Part shown: positions 51,861 to 64,000 of the stretch, piece after piece | Position numbering within the stretch: position 1 is the first letter of the stretch | Layout of the letters: each line of letters opens with the position of its first letter | Assembly (NCBI RefSeq): GCF_006345805.1 | Contig: NC_043005.1 | Coordinates: forward strand, 18,104,001 to 18,168,000 | Source: Octopus sinensis | Lineage: Eukaryota | Direction of reading: 5' to 3' | DNA: 64,000 bases | The notes under the pieces: model-generated | Told to the model about the DNA's origin: nothing | What the model saw: the letters and a program-made list of their open reading frames with translations, nothing else | The model's database searches: none | Position numbers and translations under genes: made by a program

Positions 51861-52899
51861 TATATTTTATATTCCGTAAAATGCTTCTGTATACAACAGA
51901 TTCGTTTTTCCAAATATTTTTCGGCAGAAAAATTCGTCGAGATCGCATGAGACCGAAAACTGACAATTTTGTGAGAATTACATTTGTTTGGTCCAATGAT
52001 ATATGGTGGCACACCCCCACACAAAACACACACACACACACACTCACAAACAGACACACACACACACAAATGGCTTTTTGCTGCTAAACCAAATGGTGAT
52101 ACAAAGTTTTGCACATGAGTCATTAAATTCAACAATATTATTCTCAACAGAAAAGATAAAAAGACAATCTTTGAACAATGAAAAAATACACAGAAGTCGT
52201 TAAATTCAGCAGCAATATTTCCTATAATGAAAATAAAAGGAAAATGTTAAAAAAAAAGCAGAAGAAAAATTATTCGCGGCTGCGAAGAGTCAATCATGCC
52301 CCAAAGCTTAATAAGTTATTACATAATTTATCAATGTTTTTTGTTGTATTTAGTAAAATTAATTTCCAGTGCATTTCGCAATTTAGCACAGTGTTCAAAG
52401 AGGAATTTTCAAAGAGAGTAGACAGATGTAATTTTAGACCGAAGATTCTTTTACTGTAAACAGTGATTTATGTGATATATATAGCATGACAGGTAAAGTA
52501 TAATACCCTTTGAACACTAATATATGGCTTTAGTGAAAGTCATATATTTGATTGAGAACATCGTTATGATTTATACCTCTGACTGACAAACCTTATTCAT
52601 CGCTGCTTTCCGTATTACTTTGCATTTTGTTAGAAGTCATAATTACAACTTTGAACAAGAAATCTATTTTAATTAACTTGATAATAATTGTTAGAAATTA
52701 TACATCGAAATGTGTATTTTATCATCTATTGAGATGGTTTTCTATTTTCTTTTAGTATTATTGGTTCATTATGTCCATTCACCCCACCCCAAATCCCTCT
52801 TGAAATTCAATTGCACATGTGTTATGAATAAACATTGTACACTGTGTCAGTTTGTCGAAAAAATATATACATGTATTTTTCTTTTACTATTTCCATTTA

Positions 52900-53180
52900 G
52901 AGTTGAAGATGGAGCAGGTCTCTGCCGCAATTTGAACTTGGATTCATACTTCAATTACAAGGTTTCATAATCAATAAGCAGGCTGTTTCACATTGAGCAA
53001 TGAAGTTAGCAAAACCTGGCCAACGACATCCAACAACTTCACATGAGATTCCTTCACTGATGTCATTCTAACAAATGAGACAATGTTCACTGAAAAGCAC
53101 GCAAGCTTTAAACAATTCACAGCGTATAGAAAGAGTTGCGAAAACCCGGCAATCGTTCAGATGGTCACAGTTACAAAGTG
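52900..53180 (+). pseudogene. Possible Tc1-like transposase remnant
   Basis: DSFTDVILTNET resembles the first catalytic motif (DVIFTDE); heavily decayed. Confidence 0.25.
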
Positions 53181-53750
53181 ATGCTGTCATGAATTACGTT
53201 AGGTTAAATTCAACATCAAGTGTTTTCGACAACAGATAGGTCAGCACGAATATTCTGTAACACCAAACGCCTAAACTATTATTAACTTAAACAGCGATAT
53301 TAACAGGGAATACAGGTATACTTTTATTTAACTATTTAACCGCTCTCTTCCTCTCTGTATGTCTATACACAATCATACAAACTGTTTGATTAAATTACTA
53401 AGATGATCCCGATATTCTCTTACAGAATAAAGCCACATTTTAATCTTTTAAGTTTCGACATTATTTAGTCATTTTCTTTACTTGAGACAGTCATATTCTA
53501 GTTTCAGTTATTGGTAGCTAAGCATTATGAACTTAAACGATAGAGTACTACTGTTATTTTTCTCTGGACCTTTTCATCATTGTTAACTTAATCATTTTGT
53601 TAAAAAGTGAAATAATTTGTACAACATATAACCTTAAATTACTCAGCCCCAAACTTAGTAACCATCAACCATCAAATATAGATTGTTGGAGGAAAATTTT
53701 ATCTTTCCCGGAAATATTTGTCTACTTCCGAAGCTCTATTAGAGTAAATC

Positions 53751-53795
<45 letters not shown>

Positions 53796-54260
53796 TGTGT
53801 ATGAGAGAGAAAGAGAGAGAGAAAGACAGAGAAACAGAGGACAGTGAGAATGTACAGTAGGTCTTTGCAAGGCGAAAATGTGAGGTTGACAAAGAGAATC
53901 TATGTGGGAAATAGAAGGTGACAGAAGAAAGAAAAAAAGACAATGGAGGAAAATGAAGTGTTTTTGACAGTTTTTCCCACAGTTGAATTGTGGAAGAGTT
54001 AACTATGAGTAAATGAGAACCATATACTTTAAGCAGGTCAGAAGTAAGTTGAAAACAATTCTGTAGATACACATGAGAGGTTATACAATCTAACCGAATC
54101 TTCTTTAGAAGAAGTATTTTTCACTCTTCATTCCTCTTCCGTCTGGCTCTAACAACTTTAATCAACAAGTTAAAAAGGACCGGATTTATATACAAAAGCC
54201 ATGGTTAGACAATCAACCATCTTTTGTTTGTATATGAAAGACGGCAGTACAAAGACTTAC

Positions 54261-54285
54261 TTGCGAAATTCATATGAGATTTGGA
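54261..54285 (-). CDS. Candidate 25-nt micro-exon (xQISYEFR)
   Basis: Very strong pyrimidine tract TCTTTCTCTTCTCTTTCTCTCTGCCTTTCTAG| and donor |GTAAGT. Confidence 0.5.
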
Positions 54286-54697
54286 CTAGAAAGGCAGAGA
54301 GAAAGAAGAGAGAAAGACTAATTAGCAACAATTAATTAACAATACTAGAAAAAGAAAACACGGATAAGAATTACATCTAACACAAACTTCACGCACACAC
54401 CTGGGAATTAATCACTTAGACAGTGGAAAACACACGCGCACACACACACACCTGGGAATTAATCATTTAGTCGGTGGAAGACACACGTGCGTAGGTACAC
54501 ACTCTCTCACACACACGCGCGCACTAAAGAAAAATAACTTAGGAACATTATAGATGCATTAAATTTATACTAAAGAGCTAAATGTGTGAATAGTAATAGG
54601 AAGTTGGCGTTAAATCTTTACAAGAAATAAGTTATTATTCTTAACTGGACTCTAAAAGAACTAGAATGGCTAAACAGCAAAATGTGGTGGGGGAAAT

Positions 54698-54736
<39 letters not shown>

Positions 54737-55213
54737 TTGTCTTGGTATAAAAGATGGGCTACAGTGAATATTCTGCTCAATACCACAGATTTGCTTGTCA
54801 GTTGTTTGACCTTAACCAGTTGAGTATGTCCCTTAGTGGCTGACAATATGTGCATCTCTGATCACAAGCAGAAGTAGTGGGGGAGCATCATAGCCGTGTG
54901 TTGAAAGAAATTCTTAGAGGTTTGGATAATTCACCTTTGGAAACATGGGTGTTTCGTTCAACATCCTTAAACAACCCTTATTTAGGGAATTTTCGTGCGG
55001 GATGGGCTACTCGACCAGAAGGAATTTCTAACTGGGCCCCACCTGCAAAGTAATGTGCTGTTTATCTTGATGTGAGATCACTATGTCGCGCATATATGGT
55101 TGCGATGCATGTGCCTTGTGTACTCTTATCAGACGGGTAGTCATGATAGGTATACTGGGCTTCGTATATTTTACCCCAGTGTGACTTTGATGGCATGCAC
55201 TGCTCTCTCGCTC
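54737..55213 (+). mobile_element. ~590-bp element, 5'-truncated
   Basis: Begins immediately after (AAT)n; shared 3' end. Confidence 0.85.
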
Positions 55214-55221
55214 AATAAAAA

Positions 55222-55632
55222 TAATATATTTTACTCTAGGCACAAGGCTCGACATTTTGAAGAAGGGGTGGGGGCAGTCGATTAGATTGACCTCCTATAC
55301 GCAACTGGTACTTAATATATCGACCCCGAAAGGATGAAAGGCATAGTCGACCGCGGCGGAATTTGAACTCAGAACGTGAAGACGGACGAAATACCTATTT
55401 CTATTTCTTTATTACCCACAAGGGGCTAAACACAGAGAGGACAAACAAGGACAGACAAACGGATTAAGTTGATTATATCGACTGAAGTGCGTAACTGGTA
55501 CTTAATTTATCGACCTCAAAAGGATGAAAGGCATAGTCGACCTCGGCGGAATTTGAACTCAGAACGTAACGGCAGACGAAATACCGCTGAGCATTTAGCC
55601 CGGCGTGCTAACGATTCTACCAGCTCGCCGTC
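55222..55632 (-). mobile_element. Head-to-tail dimer of third-family SINE
   Basis: Same junction GAAATAG|GTATTTCG. Confidence 0.85.
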
Positions 55633-55916
55633 TTAATGACAATAATGATAATAACAAGAACAATAATAATAATTATTACTGGTACTTCCAAATTTTGCCA
55701 CAAGGGAAGCATGGAGGAGGTGGGGGGACGAGTCGATTATATCGACCCAAGAGTTCAACTAATACTTATTTTATCGACCCCGAAAGGATGAAAGGCTTAA
55801 CGATGACAACAACAACAACTACAATAACAACGTCAACAACAACAACAACAACAATGATAATTTAAATAATAACAATAATAATAATAATAATAATAATAAT
55901 GATAATAATGATAATA

Positions 55917-55971
<55 letters not shown>

Positions 55972-56908
55972 TCCTCCATTACGTCAAGAGGGCCCCGCTT
56001 AAAAGATATTTTTACACATTAGATAGTAAACAATTATGTCGTGTTGTACCTTTTATAATGTATGATCTCTAACTGGAAATACAGACGAGTTAAAAGAACC
56101 CAGAAATTGCTTGGAATTTGTTTTTTTCAATTCCTTGAATTTTGAAGAATTATTCGACAGTATCATTAGTATATTAAGTTATTAATATGTGTATCTATAT
56201 ATCTATATCCGTTCGCCTGTGTTATAACACACAGAGAATAACTGATGGACTGGCTAAAGCACCGTGGAGAGGATTCAAACTATCGTCTGTCATAACGGTG
56301 CGATACACACCGGCGCTGCTACCTGCGTTATTGCATGTGAATGATAATATATGAATAGGTGAATGTCCGCTTTACGAACGGACATTAAGAGGAACTTGCA
56401 TAAGTGACGGCGAAGCGGGGACGCCAGAAACTCTGCATAATAAAGAGAAGAGGTGTAAGAAGAAGCGTTGAATTTCGTGAATAAATTCTGCTGGAATTTT
56501 CTTTACTATCCGAAGTCTATAAAAGGTAAAGATATAAGCTGCAGTTTAATCTCCACGTCGAACCACTCAAGCGGTTATAAGCGTTTCCTTTACGAACGAA
56601 CAAATGAATTTGTCTTAAATGAAATCATTACAGAAAAGAAAAGTCGATGGAATAGGATTAAGAAGTATTGAAGGGATAGTGTAATGAATGACAGCAAGAT
56701 CGTTAAAAGTGAAGACGAACAATAAATAGTAGTCGTTAAAGGGTGAATAACGATGTAATGTGCAGAAGTGAATGGCGAATATTACAGTGCTTCACCAACA
56801 CTCAACAATTCAAACTCTATTGGCTCATTAAATCGTTGAAAGGAATTAGATAAACATCTATTTGCTATCATAGACCGTTTGTTACCTTAAGTGGGTGTCA
56901 TTCTTAAT

Positions 56909-57472
56909 CCCCCGCCCTTCACATGACGTCTTACAAGCTATTCACTACAAAATTCGCGTCCTTCGCTTAATAAACGTCGTTGTCACTTTATTCATAGAAG
57001 AATGTTCTAAAAGGTTTCCTTGATGAGAACCCAAGTGTCTCTATTTGGCAAATTTCCAAACGTTTCAGACGGAACGAATAATTTACGAGAAGCGGCTATC
57101 AATTTATATAATGCACCTACAGAGCCTGGTTAGAGATGCTCGGCGTTGATTGGCCAGAGTTTCTACTTCAGAAGCAGAGACTTGACATCACGTTTGGTGG
57201 TGACAAACCAAAGTAATTATTTCTTTAGGGAAAGTCTAAGTGTATGTGTGTGTGTGTGTGTGTATATACGTATTTGTGTGTGTGTGTTTGTGTTATGTGT
57301 ATGTATGTGTGACTGCGTGCGCGCATACGCGTAGTAGGCAATAAATTAAAAATTTTGATTAATCGCTTTTCTAAGAATTTAAGACAAAACCTAACTCAGC
57401 GTAGGCGGGGTGGGGAGAACTCTAATGAAATCAATAATCTGAAATTTCTTGAAAGCTACAGTATGGGCGGGG
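56909..57472. promoter_or_regulatory. Possible promoter-like motif cluster
   Basis: GC boxes at 56909-56917, 57403-57410 and 57465-57472; TGACGTC at 56924; ATTGG at 57149; motif-only evidence. Confidence 0.25.
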
Positions 57473-57697
57473 ATTTGGTGATGAATGCAATGAACGGGTT
57501 TCAGGCGCATTCATCTTCGTCATCGAAATCTATTGGGTAAACTAAGGGAGAGAGAGAGAGAGAGAGAGGGGAGAGAAAAAGAGAGATCAATAAATACGAC
57601 ATATGCCTAATACATACATATATGTATAAATTCAGGTGTGTGTGTTTGTGTGTGTGATGGCTGGCATAACAGGTACAAACTAATCCAACTATGTTAC

Positions 57698-57725
57698 CTG
57701 TGACGTTGTTGCATCGGATAGTCAT
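57698..57725 (-). CDS. Candidate exon (MTIRCNNVT), first piece of putative micro-exon chain
   Basis: Donor CAG|GTAACA at 57697, phase 1. The true 5' boundary is uncertain (AG at 57731 or 57866). Confidence 0.25.
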
Positions 57726-58229
57726 TGGGTCTGAGGGATTTTTTCCTCAATGACCTGTTTCCTGATTTCTCGTGAACCTCAGTTCTCATTGAGTACGTGT
57801 ATGTAGTTTTATTCTGTTGGCTAATTTTCACCCTTCTCGAGTTTTGTTTTTTCGATCGTAGTTGACTGGAATACGTTATATATATATATATACATACATA
57901 CATACATATATATATAGATTCGAAAAATTAGGACCTATAGACACGTGGCGGGTTATTTATCGCTCCGTGCCTATGTGTTCAGTCCTGGCAACCTACTGAA
58001 GAAGCAGCGCCAGATATAGACTGAAAATATTTTATTTCAATCTGTATTTAAGTCTGCAGAAACCTTGCAGGGTCTAGGATAATAAGGTAAAAGTTTTTAT
58101 TTTCCAATCACTTTCGGAATTACAACAATTGGTGGCTTGGAGTTTTAACTGCTCTTTCTAGCGAGTCAGAAATATCCTATTTTTCGGGTACCTCTTTTGT
58201 GTTTGAACGTACACTGTATTCGTCTTTGG

Positions 58230-58304
<75 letters not shown>

Positions 58305-58519
58305 GTATGTCGATTCTACTGTAGCTTGTAGTCTCATGAAGACAATTCCTCCAGCTGGCTATTGGCACACTATCTGTACCTTATAAGTATTTGTAAAGGG
58401 AAGTCATCGTTCCCTTCTTCAGCCTAACGTGATACACACGGACCCAAGTTTCTGGTTATTGACCCGTCATCACCGTGTGACAAATGCCGATCGGCGATGG
58501 GTAATGAATCTCAATGCAA

Positions 58520-58553
<34 letters not shown>

Positions 58554-59079
58554 TATATACTTTATCCAGGGACAAATGGTCACTGACCACGAAAAAGTAG
58601 GAACAAGCAATAATTAATCCCTGAGCAAGATATAATTAGTAGCAGCACAACATCGTGAAGTATATTTGCCCTTTAAATGTGCCGCACCCTTAAGGGTCGA
58701 TGCTACTGTATCTTGTAGCCTCAGGCACACAATTCCTGAACTGGCTATTGACACACTCTCTGTGCTCTGTCAGTAATTGCAAAGGGAACTCATCGTTCCT
58801 ATCACCAGCCTGGCGTGATACACACGGGCCCAAGTGACATTTCGTCACTGGGAAAAGTATATATATTTGCACTGAGATTAACTTCCCCTCGCCAACCGGT
58901 GGTTGTCACGCTGATGGCAGGTCAGTACATGTATATATATGTATATATATACGTGTGTGTGTGTGTGTGTGTGTGTGTGTACATGTATATATGTGATCAC
59001 GTGACCGACCAGGCTATCAGATGTTGCCACACATCGCTGGTCACAATGCTCTTCGCTTTGTTTTAGTCTTCAAATGATG

Positions 59080-59142
<63 letters not shown>

Positions 59143-59158
59143 GTGTATATATATATAT

Positions 59159-59189
<31 letters not shown>

Positions 59190-59919
59190 TTATGAATGTG
59201 TGTGTATGTGTGTGTGTGTGTGCGTTTGTTTGCTTGCAATGAAGTTATATCCTTTTGCTTTCTTTTCAAAATATTCGTTGAGACGTTTGGCACCTATCGC
59301 CCGAAAATTGTATTTGTGGTCCATCAGAAACAGGAAAAAAAAAAGACTCGTTTAGGCCTGTCTCTAAAATGCGGTTATCTCATGGGAAAACTGTTTTAGT
59401 GATTTGGAAAAAAAAATGGGGAAAAAATACAGTCAGACTTCCGTCGATGTGAGCAGTGCTTTTGCTGTTCATTACAGGACGTTATATGCATACATAAATA
59501 GTGACAAAACAAAGTCGGAAAACAAAGGGAAGTCTGGAGGGAATTTGTTGATGGTATTACCATGACTATAATACCAGTGTAGCCGACTATTGAAGCATTT
59601 AGCTCTCTAACTAAACAAGTGTAATTTCATTATTTCTTTCCGCGATGTGTGTGCGTATAAATATATACACACACACACATACACACACATACGCACACAC
59701 ATACATACATACATGCATACATACATACACGTACGCATACATATTCATATAATCATATAATCATGTCAGTATATATGTGGGTGTGTTTGTGTTTTCTGTG
59801 TGTTAAAATGTACAATATGTGTGTGTGTTTTTGTGTGTTTGTATGCGTGTGTGTGCATCTAAAGAATATATATATAAATATACATATATGTATAAGTATA
59901 TATGTATGTATACATACAT

Positions 59920-59998
<79 letters not shown>

Positions 59999-60968
59999 TA
60001 TACATATATACAGATATATATATATATTTTATATAACTTGTTTAAAGAAGAGACAAAATTTAGATAATCATCTTATAATTATGATATACATCAAGTCAAT
60101 AAATACACCAAGAGGAGAAACATATCAATACAACATTTAGAATAGAAATAAGAAAGACATTAGGTAAAAATGTACGTGAAAAGGATAAATAAATAAAGTG
60201 TGATGCATAGATTTTAAAAAATCATATTAATTTTTAAATCAAAAATGTTAAATAAAGAATTAAAGGTTAGAAGATACATCGACGGCAGTGAGAGATCTAA
60301 ATGATGGATTTTAAGAGTCAGAGAAATAACAAGGATAAGTTTGTTTTCAGAGTTCAAAAGAAATGCTTATAGAGGGTTATAGCACCATATAAAATGTATT
60401 TCGACGGCCGTTTCTGGAGTCTATTTGTCTGCAAGGCATGAATCCTTCAATTTCACACTGGCAATGTCCCTTTCATCAGGGCATAAGAAAATAGATTGCA
60501 AGTTTCGAAGAAATATAAGAGAAAGGAGAATTTAAGGCTACATGATGTTGGTTGTCGGTTATATTCTGCAAACATTCTATGATGGTTCCTTAAAACTAAG
60601 CATATACTTTATTCAGGCCTTCGATACCTCTGTTGCTATTAAATCATCTTGTAATGTCGCAATCTGTACATTTTACGTGTTTCTACGGTCGGAATGTTAC
60701 CACGGAAACGATGTGTAGCTCAGTAAGGACTTTACAGTGGTATTCGCTCTGAAGTCCACCAAGTTACCACCATCTCTGTGACTCTGAGCTTCGAGAACAA
60801 GGAGGGCCATGCTATAATGCCGGTACTCTCTGTTTCTTTAAGTCGGAGCTCCACTTCTTTGAGTGTCAAATAGACTTGACAATAATAGAGTTTTACTAAT
60901 GGTCCATCCTACAAAGTGAAGAACTAATGCCATAATTCTCCATATCACTCACACGATTCGCAGCACAC

Positions 60969-61017
<49 letters not shown>

Positions 61018-61117
61018 TAATAATAATAATAATAATCACAACAACAACCTAGAATAATAATAACAACAACAACAACAACAGCAACAACAACAACAACAAC
61101 AACAATAATAATAATAA

Positions 61118-61692
61118 ACCCCGATGCAGTACCAGACAGTGGCTCTCATGGCTTCTGATCTTAACTGATTGGAAGTGTTATCATGTACATTGATTTGTCT
61201 TGGTATAAAAGATGGGCTACAGCAAATATTCTGTTCAGTACCACAGATTTGTTTGTCAGTTGTTTGACCTTAACCAGTTGAGCATGTCCCTTAGTGGCTG
61301 GCGATATGCGCATCTCTAATCACAAGCAGAAGTAGAGGGGGAGCATCATAGCCGTGTGTTGAGAGGGATTCTTGGAGGTCTGAATAATTCACCTTTGGAA
61401 ATATGGGTGTTTCGTTCAACATCTTTAAACAATCCCTATTCAGTGACCTTTTGAGCGGGATGGGTTACTCGACCAGAAGAAACTTCTAACTGGGCCCCAC
61501 CTGCAAGGTCATGCGCTGTTTTTCTTGATATGAAATCACCATGTCGCGCACATATGGTTGTGATGCATGTGCCTAGTGTACACGAACCTATGATTAAATG
61601 TACCCTTATCAGGCGGGTAGTCATGATTGGTGTATTGGGCTTCGTATATTTTAACTCAGTACCACGTTGATGGCATGCACTGCCCTCTCAAA
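61118..61692 (+). mobile_element. ~590-bp element, full length
   Basis: CCCCGATGCAGTACCAGACAGTGG...GCCCTCTCAAAC|AATAA; AAT/AAC flanks. Confidence 0.85.
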
Positions 61693-61693
61693 C

Positions 61694-61771
<78 letters not shown>

Positions 61772-62145
61772 TAATAATAATAATAATAATAATGAGAAGA
61801 AGAAGAAGAAGAAGAAGAAGAAGAGAAGAAGAAGAAGAGAGAGGAGGAGGAGGAAGAAGAAGAAGAAGAAGAAGAAGAAGAAGCAAAACGTATATATCTG
61901 CCGCCATTTTCCCCACAGCTTTACACGACACAGCTCTGAGAACAAAACTTCAGGCAAAATGTCGTCATTTCTACTAGTGTTAATAAATACAACTGATGTT
62001 TAAAATAAAAAAAAAAATGTAATATTATGCGGCAGATTTGATCTTTAAGGAAACGTCTAAAAGCACCAGCCATATAGGACCGCGTTAGCGGAGTATGTTG
62101 GGTAAACTTGGTGTAGTCAGTATATATATGTGTGAGTGTGGAGGC

Positions 62146-62372
62146 GGCGAGCTGGCAGACACGTTAGCATGCCGGGCGAAATGCTTAGCGGTATTTTCGT
62201 CTATCGTTACGTTCTGAGTTCAAATTCCGCCGAGGTCGACTTTGCCTTTCATCCTTTCGGGGTCGATTAAATAAGTACCAGTTTTGCACTGGGGTCGATA
62301 TAATCGACTTAATCCGTTTGTCTGTCTTTGTTTGTCCCCTCTATGTTTATCCCCTTGTGGGCAATAAAGAAA
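62146..62372 (+). mobile_element. Third tRNA-derived SINE family (GAGGTCGACTTTGCCTTTCATCCTTTCGGGGTCGAT core, Meta-domain-like), tail B
   Basis: A/B boxes plus conserved core; other single copies at 19660-19866(-), 23030-23165(+), 26650-26805(-), 27097-27290(-), 39465-39645(+), 42412-42543(+), 45770-45953(-). Confidence 0.88.
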
Positions 62373-62627
62373 TATATATGTGTCATTGTGTTGTGTGTAT
62401 GTGTGTGTGTGTGTGTGTGTATGTATGTGTGTATGTGTGTGTGTGTGTGAAGAAGAAGAAGACACACACCCATATATATAAATATTCATACAGAGAGAAA
62501 GAGAGAGATGGGGAGAGAAAGAGAGGGAGAGAGAGAAGGTAGGGGAAACATTGTACTTCATTATGCATTCCAACAATTTAGTTGAGAGCAAATATCCCGC
62601 AGGAGTGTTCTGCATGCTAAATACGAG

Positions 62628-63395
62628 GTAGTATCAAAAGGCTTCTGGACTAGTTATGCTTAATAAAGAATAACTTATTTACTCTAGTTTTAAGATCATT
62701 TCCTTGGAAATAGTCACCTTGCGCAGCAATACGCAGTATTGTCGCCACATTTGGGATCCGGTTTGGAAGTCGTTTTCCGAAAGCGAGTGGATCTTCTGTG
62801 ATACGCTCTGAATTTCAGCAGCAGTATTAAAATGGCGACTTTTGAGCTGCACTTTCATCTTGAGGAAGAGATGGAAGTCTGCAGGGGTTAATCTTGGCGA
62901 ATAGGGTGGGTGCGAGAGCGTTACCATATTTTTGGGCGAGAAACTCATGAATCAGGAGAGCTTGGTGAAGAATCTAATTCTTCGCGCTCCACAGATCCGA
63001 TTGCTTTCACCGAATGTCCTCCTTCAAACTCTCGAAAACGTAGCAGTGGAATACTCGATTGACGTTCGGGCCCTGGGGCACGAATTCTCGATACACAATA
63101 CTACATTTCGGTGGGTGCCGCTCATGGCAGGCCTTCCAGATGGCTCATCATTTTCCAGGGACGTTCTTCCGCTTTTGAAGTGCTCGTGCCACTCGAAACA
63201 TTGCTTGTGACCCATTGCCTTGTCACCATAAACTTGTCGAAGCATGCTCAATGTTTTTGTAGCAGACTTCCAAAGTTTAACGTAAAATTCTATTTTGGCT
63301 CCTTGTTCCGACTTCCTGTCCATGACAAAAATCGCAGACTACAGCATAGATCTAATGACAAAAACACAGTGATATCACTCGGCACACTACCTCAT
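62628..63395 (-). mobile_element. Internally deleted mariner transposon remnant
   Basis: HTH QGAKIEFYVKLWKSATKT..FEWHEHFKSGRTSLENDEPSGRP; REFVPQGPNVN; HPPYSPRLTPADFHLF; TIR-like TACGAGGTAGT at 62628 with partial match ACTACCTCA near 63387. Confidence 0.9.
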
Positions 63396-63516
63396 GAAGG
63401 TCACTGCTAGCTCTCACTGCGCACAGAACCGTGTGCTGCTATCTGTTGGCGCGCTACAGAACTATTCCAGTAACCATTTGATACTAACTCATAATATAGT
63501 GACACGCACACACGCA

Positions 63517-63555
<39 letters not shown>

Positions 63556-64000
63556 CATAAAAACACGCGCGCACGCACATGTAGAATGTGAGCCATTGTC
63601 TCATATTTGATCCACTTGGAACGATGATTATCTCAGAATGATTATTGGCATTCATCGCCATTCTAATATGAAGGTCACCGATCGAAGCTCATTGTTTCCC
63701 GAAACTACATCCGTAATTTAGACGTCTGTGGAAATATTGCTATAATGTTTAGAGAACATCACTTCCTCCACTGAACAGCATAATCATAACCATATTTTCC
63801 ACAGACTTCACTTCAGCAACAAATTTTGTAGAAAACAAACTATTTCTCCGCTGAAGATATTGACCTTGGTATATAAAGTTTTCTTTTCATTGCAACAGAT
63901 AGCACCTCAGATTCATTTTCTCTGTTGTCTGTAAAATTAAAATTGATCTGGCAATTCTTAGCATTGTTATATCCTCAAGACAAAACAACACAAATCTTCT

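Noticed and set aside
60740-60900. Open minus frame YLTLKEVELRLKETESTGIIAW...
   Set aside because: No recognisable domain, modest splice signals, no phase-linked neighbour

Overview
AT-rich eukaryotic DNA dominated by microsatellites and interspersed repeats. The SINE and LINE landscape looks like an octopod cephalopod (Octopus); this is my recognition, not a database result. There are no rRNA, tRNA or CRISPR loci, and almost all long ORFs in the track are microsatellite artefacts. Host-gene signal is on the minus strand. It comprises a 2-exon ~179-aa gene with a ParB/sulfiredoxin-like motif set (12297-11973 joined to 8850-8636), and a tentative chain of phase-compatible micro-exons over ~42 kb (57725 to 15400) that would encode a 65-aa peptide. 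Mobile content: at least 3 tRNA-derived SINE families; six R4/Dong-like RLE-endonuclease LINE fragments and eight copies of an unexplained ~590-bp non-coding element, all + oriented and nearly all abutting (AAT)n; CR1, RTE and Penelope-like RT fragments; a Penelope-type repeat with a complete minimal hammerhead topology and a non-canonical core; a mariner remnant; several MITEs/foldbacks; and a non-autonomous Helitron. The most notable systems are the (AAT)n-targeted retroelement ecosystem (including a 1.2-kb GAA expansion inside one LINE ORF), the variant hammerhead, and the ParB-like gene.
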